A stretch of 64,000 bases of DNA, from positions 337,809 through 401,808 of the forward strand of contig WRPG01000001.1 of the NCBI GenBank assembly GCA_009773355.1, given 5' to 3'. The stretch's first letter is position 1. Every line of letters starts with the position of its first letter. The position numbers and the translations under genes are program-made. Origin of the DNA: Limisphaerales bacterium. GTDB taxonomy: Bacteria; Verrucomicrobiota; Verrucomicrobiia; Limisphaerales; SXTU01. Of this stretch, positions 18,161 to 26,507 are shown one piece after another. The notes beneath the pieces are model-generated. The model did not search any database. It was not told the DNA's origin and was given only the letters and a program-made list of their open reading frames with translations.

Positions 18161-18331
18161 ATGAAAACAACATCTCCAACCACCTCGCACAAGTTTGGGG
18201 CCAACCGCAACGAACTGGCCGCCACCCCGCGCAAGCACGACCCGAACTTCCGGCAGTCCCGGGATGTGCGGGAGGATCGGGGTCAAAGGCGCATGAAGAC
18301 CTTCGCCGCGTCCCGCTCGGGACGTTCGTGA
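18161..18331 (+). CDS. possible small basic protein (56 aa), speculative
   Basis: ATG 18161 follows a 8-bp-stem hairpin (18123-18148). The frame has about 79% GC3, suggesting coding or recently coding sequence. No RBS or homology recognised. Confidence 0.25.
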   Translation: MKTTSPTTSHKFGANRNELAATPRKHDPNFRQSRDVREDRGQRRMKTFAASRSGRS

Positions 18332-18475
18332 AGGCCTTGCCGCGCCCAGCCTTCGCGGGACGCCCGATGTCAGGCTCTCGCAGGATCGCTTTCGTGCGCA
18401 CGGGAAATGACCAAACCACCCCTCGCAGGGGAATGTGGTGCCAGCGGGTCTGCCGGCAGGCCGCACCCGCCCGGG

Positions 18476-18521
18476 TCACTTCGGATAATCCCGCCAGAGC
18501 CACTTGAGCACGTCGGGGAAG
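18476..18521. repeat. 46-bp direct repeat copy 1 (orphan copy of the esterase 3-prime end)
   Basis: TCACTTCGGATAATCCCGCCAGAGCCACTTGAGCACGTCGGGGAAG. Matches 19626-19671 at 45 of 46 positions. It abuts the stop codon of the HEAT gene. Confidence 0.9.
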
Positions 18522-19616
18522 TTACCGCTTGAGCTTTCGCAGCGCGTTGGTGGCGTCTTCGCGGACCATGCGGTTTGGGTCGCTCAAGGTGCGTTCCAAG
18601 GCGGCCAGCGCGCGTGGCTCGCCGGCATCTACATCGGCAAGGGCGGCAACGGCGCGGCCCCGCTCCGAAGGCTCGGGATCGGTCAGCACATCAAGGCAGG
18701 CGCTCACGTAGTTGCTTCGCACCGAGGCAAGGCCAGTGTGATTGGCCTTGAGGAGTGCGGCGATGGCTGAGGTCGCGGTCAAGCGGTTTGCAAGGGACGC
18801 GGAACGCATCGCTTGAAGCTGGCCATCCACCAACCAAACTCCGTTCGAGGTGAACATCCAGGCCGATTGCGCGCCCCATTTCCGCCAATCGTCGGTGAGC
18901 CAGGCGAGGTAGCCATGTTCGGCTGTGGCGGACTTCCAGACCTGTGCATCCACCGCAATCGGTAGAGCACGGTTCGGAGCGGTCGCTTTGCGGAGCAGCG
19001 AGTGTCGCAAACCATCCACTGCCGCGCTTCGGATGAGCGCGTCTGAGTTGGTCAGGCCAGATACCAGCAGTTGCTCCCCGCGCGGCCCGGCGTAAGCGAG
19101 CAATACGGCGGCGGAAACATTGCGGCGCAAGGTGGGAGGACTGTGCAAAAGATTTGTCGTGAGTCCCGGAATGAATTCTTCACTGGCTTCGCCCAAGGCC
19201 TCCACCGCAAGCGCGCACCGGGCCAGTTCCATGCTCCAGTTGCGGCGGGCCACGTCAATGTCCTCGAAGAGCAGTTTGGTTCGCGCATACATCAGCAACA
19301 CGGTGCTGGTGGAAGAGATGGATTCCAACTGCCGTCTTGCAACTGCAATGGAGTTGGTTCCGTGCCGGGCAAACTCGGCCTGCGCACCAGTTGGCCGCGC
19401 TAAGTGGAACGGGCTCGTGAGAAAATTGAACGGCGGGTCTTTCGGCAACAAGCGTTCAAAGGCGTGGTTTGCTTGTGCAAGGGAGTCCGAGGAACGCAGC
19501 AGGAACAGCACGAGACAGCCAAGAAAGACGCCTCCGACCAGGAGCCACATCTGCCGCTCGCGCCGACGGAGAGATTGTTCCGTGTCCGAGGCAGTTGGTG
19601 GTAGCGCGTCCCCCAT
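18522..19616 (-). CDS. membrane-anchored HEAT/ARM-like repeat protein
   Basis: N-terminal TM (MWLLVGGVFLGCLVLFLL). HEAT-like repeats (LTNSDALIRSAAVDGLRH, LSDPNRMVREDATNALRKL). GC about 57%, clearly below its neighbours. Confidence 0.65.
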   Translation of the reverse strand: MGDALPPTASDTEQSLRRRERQMWLLVGGVFLGCLVLFLLRSSDSLAQANHAFERLLPKDPPFNFLTSPFHLARPTGAQAEFARHGTNSIAVARRQLESISSTSTVLLMYARTKLLFEDIDVARRNWSMELARCALAVEALGEASEEFIPGLTTNLLHSPPTLRRNVSAAVLLAYAGPRGEQLLVSGLTNSDALIRSAAVDGLRHSLLRKATAPNRALPIAVDAQVWKSATAEHGYLAWLTDDWRKWGAQSAWMFTSNGVWLVDGQLQAMRSASLANRLTATSAIAALLKANHTGLASVRSNYVSACLDVLTDPEPSERGRAVAALADVDAGEPRALAALERTLSDPNRMVREDATNALRKLKR

Positions 19617-19625
19617 CGCAGGTGC

Positions 19626-19671
19626 TCACTTCGGATAATCCCGCCACAGCCACTTGAGCACGTCGGGGAAG
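19626..19671. repeat. 46-bp direct repeat copy 2 (functional esterase 3-prime end)
   Basis: Encodes FPDVLKWLWRDYPK plus stop on the minus strand. The single difference from copy 1 is synonymous (CTG/CTC Leu). Confidence 0.9.
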
Positions 19672-20495
19672 ATGCTGCCGCCGTGCTTGCTGTTGTGCGC
19701 GCCCTCGCCAAAGTCGGCACGCACGTCGTAGCCCGCGAATTTGAGCGCGGAGGCCATCTGCTGGTTGCAGAGGAACCAGTCGCCAAAGTCGTTCTTCACG
19801 TCGTCCACGCCACTCTGCACGGAGACGCGGATGGGCTTGCGCTCGGTCTTGCGCACCAGCGCGGGATAGACGTGGCCGCCCCGGATGTTCGTGTAGCTGC
19901 CGATGGTGGTGAGGGCTTTGCGAAATTCGTTGGGCCGCTCCCAGCAGACGGTCCACGAGCAGATGCCGCCGCTGCTCGCGCCGCAGATGGCCCGGCCCTC
20001 GGGGTTCGTGGTGAGGGAGTATTGCTTGCTGACCTCAGGCAGAATTTCCTCCAGCAGGAAGCGGGCGTAGCGGTCGCCAAGGGAGTCATACTCGAAGCTG
20101 CGGTTGCTCACGCGCCAGGGGCTTTCGGGCTTGGCGCGGCCCGCCTCGTGGCCGGGGTTGAGGAGGATGGCGATGGTGACGGGCATTTCCTTCCGGTGGA
20201 TGAGGTTGTCGAAGACGATGGGCACGCGCCAGTTGCCCTTGAGGTTCACGTAGTCGTGGCCGTCCTGGAAGACCATCACGCACGCGGGCTGGCCGGCCTG
20301 GTATTGCGCGGGCACATACACCCACCAGTCACGCAGGGTGTTCGTGAAGACGCTGCTGCGCCACTCGGGCTGCTTGATGAGCTTGCCCTGCGGCACGCCG
20401 GGCTGGACCTCGTGGTAGGGGGTGATCTTGAACTCGTCGGCGGCGCGGGATGACAAGGCGACGGCAAGCAACAGAAGCGGAAGAAGGCGTTTCAT
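19626..20495 (-). CDS. secreted esterase (putative esterase / enterochelin-esterase-like alpha/beta hydrolase)
   Basis: Signal peptide MKRLLPLLLLAVALSSRA at ATG 20495. Nucleophile elbow GASSGG. ORF track extends to 20687. Confidence 0.85.
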   Translation of the reverse strand: MKRLLPLLLLAVALSSRAADEFKITPYHEVQPGVPQGKLIKQPEWRSSVFTNTLRDWWVYVPAQYQAGQPACVMVFQDGHDYVNLKGNWRVPIVFDNLIHRKEMPVTIAILLNPGHEAGRAKPESPWRVSNRSFEYDSLGDRYARFLLEEILPEVSKQYSLTTNPEGRAICGASSGGICSWTVCWERPNEFRKALTTIGSYTNIRGGHVYPALVRKTERKPIRVSVQSGVDDVKNDFGDWFLCNQQMASALKFAGYDVRADFGEGAHNSKHGGSIFPDVLKWLWRDYPK

Positions 20496-20575
20496 GGTCA
20501 GGTGGAGGACATGGTGCGCGAGGCCTATGTGCGCATCAAGCTTCTCGTGGTTGCCCGGCCGAAACCAGCAGCGGC

Positions 20576-20588
20576 GTCCACTGTGGAC
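20576..20588. promoter_or_regulatory. 13-bp perfect palindrome GTCCAC-T-GTGGAC in a divergent promoter region
   Basis: Lies 33 nt upstream of the ATG of the HTH-MBL gene (20621) and 81 nt from the divergent esterase start (20495). Confidence 0.25.
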
Positions 20589-20620
20589 TCTCCCCCGCCC
20601 CACGCCTACACTCCCGGCGC

Positions 20621-21442
20621 ATGAATTTGGAAGACCACGTCGGAGATGTGATTCGCAAGGCCCGCGCGATGACGGGCGTCGCCGCAAGCGACGCCGCCAA
20701 GGCCGCCGGCCTCGGAGCCGAGGAACTCGCCGCGCTCGAAAGCTCCGGCCAATGCGCGGGCAAGCCTGATTTCCGCTCGCTCGCCTCGCTCGTCGGACTG
20801 AACGGCGCGAAGCTCGAAGCCCTCGCCGCCGGCTGGCTGCCCGCGCCCGTTGACCTCGGCACCTGGCGCGAGCTGCGCCAAATCACCACCACAGGCGGCG
20901 GCAACACGGTCCATTGTTATCTCGCCTGGGACGAGGTCACGCGCGAGGCCGCGCTGTTCGACACGGGCTTCGAGGCGGAGGCGGTCTTCAAGGTCGTGGA
21001 CGCCGAAGGTCTGGACCTCCGGCACCTCTTCATCACGCACTCACACCACGACCACATCGAGGGCCTGCCGGCGATTCGCGAGCGCTACCCGACCATCCGC
21101 ATCCACACGGACACGAAGGGCGCGCCGCCCCAGCACCGCAACCGCCGCAACGACTGCGTCCACCTCGGCAGCCTGCGCGTCACGAACCGCGAGACGCCCG
21201 GCCACGCGGAGGATGGCGTGACCTACCTCATCGGCAACTGGCCGGATGACGCGGCGCACGTCGCCATCGTCGGCGACGCCATCTTCGCCGGCTCGATGGG
21301 CGGGGCGAAGGAACACGGCGAACTCGCGAAGGCCAAGGTGCGCGAGCAAATCCTTTCGCTGCCGCCGGCCACGTTGATTTGCGCCGGCCACGGGCCACTC
21401 ACGACCGTGGCGCAGGAGCGAGCGAGCAACCCCTTCTTCTGA
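20621..21442 (+). CDS. MBL-fold metallo-hydrolase with N-terminal XRE-type HTH-like region
   Basis: ITHSHHDHIEG metal motif, TPGHAEDG, GDAIFAGSMGG. The N-terminal GDVIRKARAMTGVAASDAAKAAG resembles HTH_3. ATG 20621. Confidence 0.85.
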   Translation: MNLEDHVGDVIRKARAMTGVAASDAAKAAGLGAEELAALESSGQCAGKPDFRSLASLVGLNGAKLEALAAGWLPAPVDLGTWRELRQITTTGGGNTVHCYLAWDEVTREAALFDTGFEAEAVFKVVDAEGLDLRHLFITHSHHDHIEGLPAIRERYPTIRIHTDTKGAPPQHRNRRNDCVHLGSLRVTNRETPGHAEDGVTYLIGNWPDDAAHVAIVGDAIFAGSMGGAKEHGELAKAKVREQILSLPPATLICAGHGPLTTVAQERASNPFF

Positions 21443-21447
21443 GCGCC

Positions 21448-21513
21448 GGAGCGCCGGTGTCCAACCGGCGCGTTCCACGACGCAAGTGACCGCCGGTTGG
21501 ACACCGGCGCTCC
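21448..21513. repeat. palindromic element, family A, perfect copy
   Basis: GGAGCGCCGGTGTCCAACCGGCG (21448-21470) and its exact reverse complement (21491-21513), with a 20-nt loop. Confidence 0.92.
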
Positions 21514-21558
21514 AGCTCGACCAGTTGCCATCGCGCCATTTCCACGCATACTTCCGCC

Positions 21559-22026
21559 ATGTCGAAACGGCCCCAAGACGTCGCTGCGGACGACCAGATT
21601 CTTGCCCTGCTGCCCTACGCGCACATGCGCGGCGGTTTTGTCGTCAAGCCCGAGGACATGGGCCGCGCGAAGGGTCTCGCCATCGAGGCGATGGAGGGGC
21701 AGGTCAGCGAGCAGTTGAAGCAAATCTACGAGCAGGTCGAGACGCTCGCCCGGCAGGCCAAGGCCATCCGCACGCGCGCCGAGGTGAGCTACAAGATTTA
21801 CCAGTGCGACCTGCGCTTTGAGCCGCGCATCAACCAGACCTACTACCTCTATGAGTCCGAGGAAGGCGTGCCACACCTCTCGCTCGTCGCGCCGGACGAG
21901 TGGACCACGGACAAGACGCACCTCGCCACCGTGCGCCTGCTCGCGGATCACACTTGGGAAGTGCTGGAGTCGAAAGACGAGGCGACGACTGCGCCTCCCA
22001 GTCAGGATGTCCAAAGCCAAAGCTGA
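21559..22026 (+). CDS. hypothetical protein (DUF2452-like by recollection)
   Basis: 155-aa ORF with normal amino-acid composition. The coiled region followed by YKIYQCDLRFEPRINQTYYLY resembles DUF2452-type proteins. Family assignment is weak. Confidence 0.6.
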   Translation: MSKRPQDVAADDQILALLPYAHMRGGFVVKPEDMGRAKGLAIEAMEGQVSEQLKQIYEQVETLARQAKAIRTRAEVSYKIYQCDLRFEPRINQTYYLYESEEGVPHLSLVAPDEWTTDKTHLATVRLLADHTWEVLESKDEATTAPPSQDVQSQS

Positions 22027-22190
22027 GGGGTCGCTGGACGGAGCGCGACACTCCGGGTCGCAGCAGCGGATTGCGCGGGGTGCGCTCGGGTCTCCGAAGC
22101 TCGCTTAGCGAAGGTGGCCGCTGCGGGCCAGAGGCCCGCGCCCCGTTGCCAAAGATTGAGTTTTCCAGACGGCCTCGCTACTTTCCCGCC

Positions 22191-22415
22191 ATGCCGATTT
22201 ACGAATTTCACTGCGACGGTTGCGACAAGGACAGCGAAGTGCTGGTGCGCTCCAGCCGTTGGGAAGGCACGCCCTGCCCGCATTGCGGGTCAAAGAAGCT
22301 GGCCAAGAAGTTCTCCACCTTCGCCTCCAGCGTCGCGGGCGAATCCGCGCCCGCCTGCACCGGCCAGCCCAAGTCCTGCGGGATGTGCGGCACGGGCAGG
22401 CCGCACTCGCATTGA
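22191..22415 (+). CDS. FmdB-family zinc-ribbon protein (CxxC_CxxC_SSSS)
   Basis: MPIYEFHCDGCDK...CPHCGSKKLAKKFS signature. ATG 22191 lies inside ORF 21900..22415. Confidence 0.8.
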   Translation: MPIYEFHCDGCDKDSEVLVRSSRWEGTPCPHCGSKKLAKKFSTFASSVAGESAPACTGQPKSCGMCGTGRPHSH

Positions 22416-22423
22416 GCATGTTT

Positions 22424-22473
22424 GGTGTCCACCCTTCAGGGTGTCCGCCCCGACACGCTGAAGCGTGGACACC
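22424..22473. repeat. palindromic element related to family A (GGTGTCCAC core)
   Basis: Arms 22424-22443 and 22454-22473 are complementary with 2 mismatches. Lies between convergent genes. Confidence 0.85.
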
Positions 22474-22494
22474 GAACCGGGCGGCTCGCCTGTC

Positions 22495-23457
22495 CTACTT
22501 TTCGCGTTTCAACTCCGGCTTGCCCTCACCGGGAATCTTCACCATCGGCTCGCCCTTGAGGTAGCCGAGCGAAGCTAGAAACGCGTCCGTCTGCCGGAGC
22601 GTGATCTCCTGCCACGGGGAGCGGTTGAAGAAGCCGTGCGGCTGCTCGGCGGCGGAGAAGACCTCACAGCGGTTGCCCGCCGACTTGGACTTGTCCGCAA
22701 ACGCCCGCGCGTGGTCCAGCATCTTGTCCGCTGTGCCGAAGAAGACGACGGTCGGCACGATGTCCTTCTTGATGAAGCGCGCGGGGTCAATCTGCGGCAC
22801 AATGGCCTTCCCGTCGCCCTTGCCCTCCGGCCACTTCTCCGCGACCTCCAGCGCCGCGAGGTCCAGCGCGGGATTGAAGAGCACCATCGCGTTCGGACGC
22901 GACGAGACTTTGGCATCCTCGCTCCTGGCTTCGTAGGCATCGGTCATGCCCGTGCAGGCGGCAAGATGCCCGCCCGCCGAGCCGCCCGAGGCTACAATCC
23001 GCTGCGGGTCAACGCCCAACTCGCTCGCATGAGCACGCACCCAGCGCACCGCGCTCTTAGCGTCCTCTACCGCCGACTCTGGCGTGGTCTGCTGGCGCGA
23101 GGCCACGCGGTAGTCCGCACGCACCGCCACCATTCCGCGCGTGGCGAGGTAAGTGGCCTGGTTGAGGAACTGCGCCGTCGTGCCGTTCTTCCAGCCGCCG
23201 CCAAAGAAGAAGACGATGGCGGGCCGCTGGTCGGTCGCTTTCCAGCCCGGCGGGTAATGGACCAGCAGTTTCAACTCGCCTTGCGGCGTCTGCTTGTAAG
23301 TCAACTCCTTCACGCCCTCGGGCAGCGACGCGTCGGTGGACTTGGCGGTTTTTGCCTTCGCCTTCCCGGCGTTCTTGGCCTTGGCTTTTTCCTGCGCGGT
23401 CGCGGTGAGCGTGAAAGCAGTGGTGAGAACGAGGCTGATGAAGACGCATTGTTTCAT
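22495..23457 (-). CDS. secreted alpha/beta hydrolase (fold-3 carboxylesterase/lipase type)
   Basis: Signal peptide. Oxyanion block VFFFGGGW. Nucleophile GGSAGGHLAA. Confidence 0.88.
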   Translation of the reverse strand: MKQCVFISLVLTTAFTLTATAQEKAKAKNAGKAKAKTAKSTDASLPEGVKELTYKQTPQGELKLLVHYPPGWKATDQRPAIVFFFGGGWKNGTTAQFLNQATYLATRGMVAVRADYRVASRQQTTPESAVEDAKSAVRWVRAHASELGVDPQRIVASGGSAGGHLAACTGMTDAYEARSEDAKVSSRPNAMVLFNPALDLAALEVAEKWPEGKGDGKAIVPQIDPARFIKKDIVPTVVFFGTADKMLDHARAFADKSKSAGNRCEVFSAAEQPHGFFNRSPWQEITLRQTDAFLASLGYLKGEPMVKIPGEGKPELKREK

Positions 23458-23483
23458 GGAGAGGGTGATGGTCTGGACAGCGG

Positions 23484-24434
23484 CTACTTCGCCGCGCGCT
23501 TGAGATGCTTGTCGAAGAACGCCGCGACGCGCTGCTGCTGCTCCGGCTGGTTGAACGGCTGACCGCCGTGGCCCGCGCCCTCCAGCTTCACAAGCGTCAC
23601 CTCGACACCCGACTGCTTCAGCGTGGCTTCAAGCAACTCGCTTTGGTGAACGGGCACGAGCGGGTCTTTGTCGCCGTGCAGGATGAGGAACGGCGCGTCG
23701 CCCCGGCTCACAAAGGTCAGCGGGTTCGCTCGCGCGACCTTGTCCTTGTGCTCCTGAATCGCGCCGCCGATGAGCTTGGACTCCGGCGAGGTCGGCGAAT
23801 CGTGCGGGATGGTGCTCGGGAACTTGCTCATCTGGAGAAAATCCGTCGGGCCGAAGAAATCGCAGACCGCCTGCACGGCGCTGGAGACGCCGAGGTTTTC
23901 GCCCTTGTCGAAGCCCTTCACGTCACCCGTCACGCCCAGCAGTGCGACGAGATGCCCGCCGGCCGAGGAACCCCATGCGCCGATACGCTCGCCGTCAATC
24001 CCGTGCTTCGCCGCGTTCGCGCGCAGCCAGCGGATGGCGGCCTTGCAGTCTTCGAGCTGCGCCGGGTAAGTCGCGTGCGAGCTGAGGCGGTAGTTGATGC
24101 TCGCGACCGCATAGCCGCGCGGCACAAGCCAGAGCGCGGGGCAGGCGTTCTTGCTGCCGTTCTGCCAGCCGCCGCCGTGGACCCACACGACCAGCGGCAG
24201 CTTCGCGCCGGGCATGGCGTTCTCCGGCGTGTAGATGTCCAGCTTGTGCCGCTCGTGGCCACCCGGCGCGTAAGGCAGTTCGCGGACGACCTTCACGCCA
24301 TCGGGGATGCGCTGGAGCTGGGCGGGAGGAAGCTGGGGACGTTTCTCCGTCTTCGGTGCGGCCTTGTCTTGCGCGGAAGTGAAACCGGCGGTCAGGAGCA
24401 GGGCGAGCGCGCCGACAGCGAATGTGCGGTTCAT
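23484..24434 (-). CDS. secreted alpha/beta hydrolase (fold-3 carboxylesterase/lipase type), tandem paralogue
   Basis: VVWVHGGGWQNGSK and WGSSAGGHLVALLG motifs. 26 bp from the previous hydrolase gene. Confidence 0.88.
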   Translation of the reverse strand: MNRTFAVGALALLLTAGFTSAQDKAAPKTEKRPQLPPAQLQRIPDGVKVVRELPYAPGGHERHKLDIYTPENAMPGAKLPLVVWVHGGGWQNGSKNACPALWLVPRGYAVASINYRLSSHATYPAQLEDCKAAIRWLRANAAKHGIDGERIGAWGSSAGGHLVALLGVTGDVKGFDKGENLGVSSAVQAVCDFFGPTDFLQMSKFPSTIPHDSPTSPESKLIGGAIQEHKDKVARANPLTFVSRGDAPFLILHGDKDPLVPVHQSELLEATLKQSGVEVTLVKLEGAGHGGQPFNQPEQQQRVAAFFDKHLKRAAK

Positions 24435-24481
24435 GTTGTGCTGGGAATGACGCCACGGAAGGCCCGGCTGTTACAAACCCC

Positions 24482-24508
24482 GTGCCGGCGACTTGCAGTC
24501 GCCGGCAC
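24482..24508 (-). terminator. 11-bp-stem hairpin directly after the manA stop (terminator-like or REP)
   Basis: GTGCCGGCGAC-TTGCA-GTCGCCGGCAC. On the minus strand it is followed by GGGGTTTGTAA, only a weak T tract. The same GGTTTGTAAC word recurs at 44009-44018. Confidence 0.3.
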
Positions 24509-24512
24509 AGGC

Positions 24513-25496
24513 TCATTTCGCGACCGCAGACAGGAAAATCGTCTCGCCCGACGCCCGCAGAACGGTTTGGGCCGCGCAGGAAGCCGGCACGACGCAGAAC
24601 TCACCGGGGCGGAGACAAACCGTTTCGCTCTCCTCCGCGACGGTCAACTGGCCTTGCGTCACGGCGAGCACCATCACCCGGCCACCTTTGAGCCACATTT
24701 CCTCGCTGGATTGAAACCGGAGCAAGTCCACGGTGAACAGGTCGCAGTGCGCCAGCCAGCGCACTTCGCCCACCGACGCATTCCGCCACTCCGCCGGGGC
24801 CAGCGCCGGCTCGAAGTCCGCGAAGTCAATTGAGGTGAGCGCCTGCGGGATGTGCAGCTCGCGCGGCTGGCCGTCGAGGCCGACGCGGTTCCAGTCGAAC
24901 ACGCGGTAGGTCGTGTCGGAGTTCTGCTGAATCTCGAAGATGAGGTTGCCCGCGCCGAGCGCGTGGACGCGTCCGCTCGGCAGGAACATGGAGTCGCCGC
25001 GCTTCACGGGGATGCGATGGAAGCACTCGGCCACCGAGCCGTCCTGAATCCGTCGCTCGAACTCCGCGCGCGTCGCCCCGCGCCGCAGGCCAACGAACAG
25101 GTCCGCGTCCGGTGTCGCGTCGGCCACATACCACAGCTCGGTCTTGGGGTCGCCACGCAGCTCGGCGGCCTTGTGCGCAGGCGGGTGGACCTGGAGCGAA
25201 AGCTTCTCCTGCGCGTCGAGAATCTTCACCAGCAGCGGGAAGCGTCCGGCACAGGGCTGCGAGTCGCCGAGCAGTTCCTTTGCGTGGTTTTCCATCAGCC
25301 AGCGCAGGTCGCGCCCCGCCAGCGGGCCGTTGGTGATGACGCTCACGCCCTCGGGCCGGTCGGTAATTTCCCACGACTCGCCGATGGGTTTGCCCGGCGG
25401 CAGGGCCTTGCCGTAGAGCTGTTCCAGCTTGCGTCCGCCCCAGACGCGGTCCTTGAAGATGGGCTGGAAGGTGAGCGGGTAGAGCGGTTGCGACAT
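24513..25496 (-). CDS. manA: class I mannose-6-phosphate isomerase
   Basis: PIFKDRVWGG, GESWEI, LSLQVHP and GDSMFLPSGRVHALG cupin motifs. ATG 25496. The 25532 start in the ORF track is a TTG. Confidence 0.85.
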   Translation of the reverse strand: MSQPLYPLTFQPIFKDRVWGGRKLEQLYGKALPPGKPIGESWEITDRPEGVSVITNGPLAGRDLRWLMENHAKELLGDSQPCAGRFPLLVKILDAQEKLSLQVHPPAHKAAELRGDPKTELWYVADATPDADLFVGLRRGATRAEFERRIQDGSVAECFHRIPVKRGDSMFLPSGRVHALGAGNLIFEIQQNSDTTYRVFDWNRVGLDGQPRELHIPQALTSIDFADFEPALAPAEWRNASVGEVRWLAHCDLFTVDLLRFQSSEEMWLKGGRVMVLAVTQGQLTVAEESETVCLRPGEFCVVPASCAAQTVLRASGETIFLSAVAK

Positions 25497-25541
25497 GAGT
25501 GGAGGGTGGCGAGTGGGGAAGGACTGGCTCAAGGCGAAAAC

Positions 25542-25665
25542 GTGCTGCGTGTTGCGTGTTGCGTGTTGCGTGTTGCGTGTTGCGTGTTGCGTGTTGCGTG
25601 TTGCGTGTTGCGTGAATCAGTTCGGCTGCCCGCCGTGCATAGCCAGCACGCAACGCGTAACACGC
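25542..25665. repeat. heptamer array (GTGYTGC, about 10.5 copies) with a short inverted partner
   Basis: The tandem run spans 25542-25614. The inverted three-unit partner AGCACGC AACGCGT AACACGC lies at 25645-25665. Same family as 40071-40144. Confidence 0.92.
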
Positions 25666-25670
25666 CTCCC

Positions 25671-26465
25671 CTACGCCACTAGCAGTTTCCGCTCCGGCGG
25701 GGGCGTGGCCTTGCGCCGGGCCTTGATGGCGAAATACGGCGGGATGAACCAGCAGCGATGGCCGAAGCTGCCCGGCGCGGCCGATGAATCGCCGTGCTTC
25801 GGCTCGAAGGTGTCCTCGATGACAAAGCCGGCGCGACAGAGTCCGCCGAACAGTTCATCCCAGCGGTGCATGAATTCCAGCGTGCCGCTCTCGCGCAGCG
25901 CGGAGCCGGGCGGCACCGGCGGCAGCGGGCCGCTGCGGTAATACGGCTCCAGCAGAGCGTAGCCGAGCGGCGACGCGCGCAGGCTGGCCTGCAAGCTCCC
26001 CGGCTGCTTGTGCTGGCTGATGTAGAGGCCGCCGGGCGCGGTCACGCGCGCAACCTCGCGATAGACCGGCGCGACCGCTGGGACGTAGCAGGTGCTCACC
26101 GGCTGCACGACGAGGTCGAAGTGCGCGTCCGGCAGCGCGGCGAGATTGTCCATCGAAGCCTCGACGACGTTGACCTTGAAGCCGCGCTCGGCGGCGAGCC
26201 TGCGGTCGAGTTCCAGCATCGCGGGGCTGATGTCAACGACGGTCGTCTCCGCGCCGGCGGCGGCGAAGAGCGCGCTGTGCTTGCCGCCGCCCGCCGCGAG
26301 GCAGAGCACGCGCCTGCCGCGCACCTCGAAGTCCACCCAGCCAAAGGGGTTGATGATGAACTGCGGCTTGGCGAACTCCTTTTCGCCGGCGGGCCGGGCG
26401 AGCGGGATTTGCTGGCGGGCGAGTTCGTCCCAAGCGTCGCGGTTGTGGTCGTTGACCGAGAACAT
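25671..26465 (-). CDS. class I SAM-dependent methyltransferase
   Basis: VLCLAAGGGKHS (motif I) and VVDISPAML. Methyltransf_11-like layout. Confidence 0.85.
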   Translation of the reverse strand: MFSVNDHNRDAWDELARQQIPLARPAGEKEFAKPQFIINPFGWVDFEVRGRRVLCLAAGGGKHSALFAAAGAETTVVDISPAMLELDRRLAAERGFKVNVVEASMDNLAALPDAHFDLVVQPVSTCYVPAVAPVYREVARVTAPGGLYISQHKQPGSLQASLRASPLGYALLEPYYRSGPLPPVPPGSALRESGTLEFMHRWDELFGGLCRAGFVIEDTFEPKHGDSSAAPGSFGHRCWFIPPYFAIKARRKATPPPERKLLVA

Positions 26466-26507
26466 GGGAGGAAACTATCCCAACAGCCGGTGATGGCGAA
26501 GACAGAT

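Noticed and set aside
18476-19671. Insertion sequence or transposon
   Set aside because: There is no transposase and no terminal inverted repeats. The repeats are direct and correspond to the neighbouring gene terminus. I kept it as a finding of a different kind.
24482-24508. Confident rho-independent terminator
   Set aside because: The stem is strong, but the downstream T tract is weak (GGGGTTTGT), and the flanking words recur in the 43989-44106 element. It may simply be another REP, so I listed it with low confidence only.
25542-25614. Possible CRISPR array
   Set aside because: The repeat unit is only 7 nt, strictly tandem with no spacers, and no cas genes are nearby. It is a microsatellite-like array.
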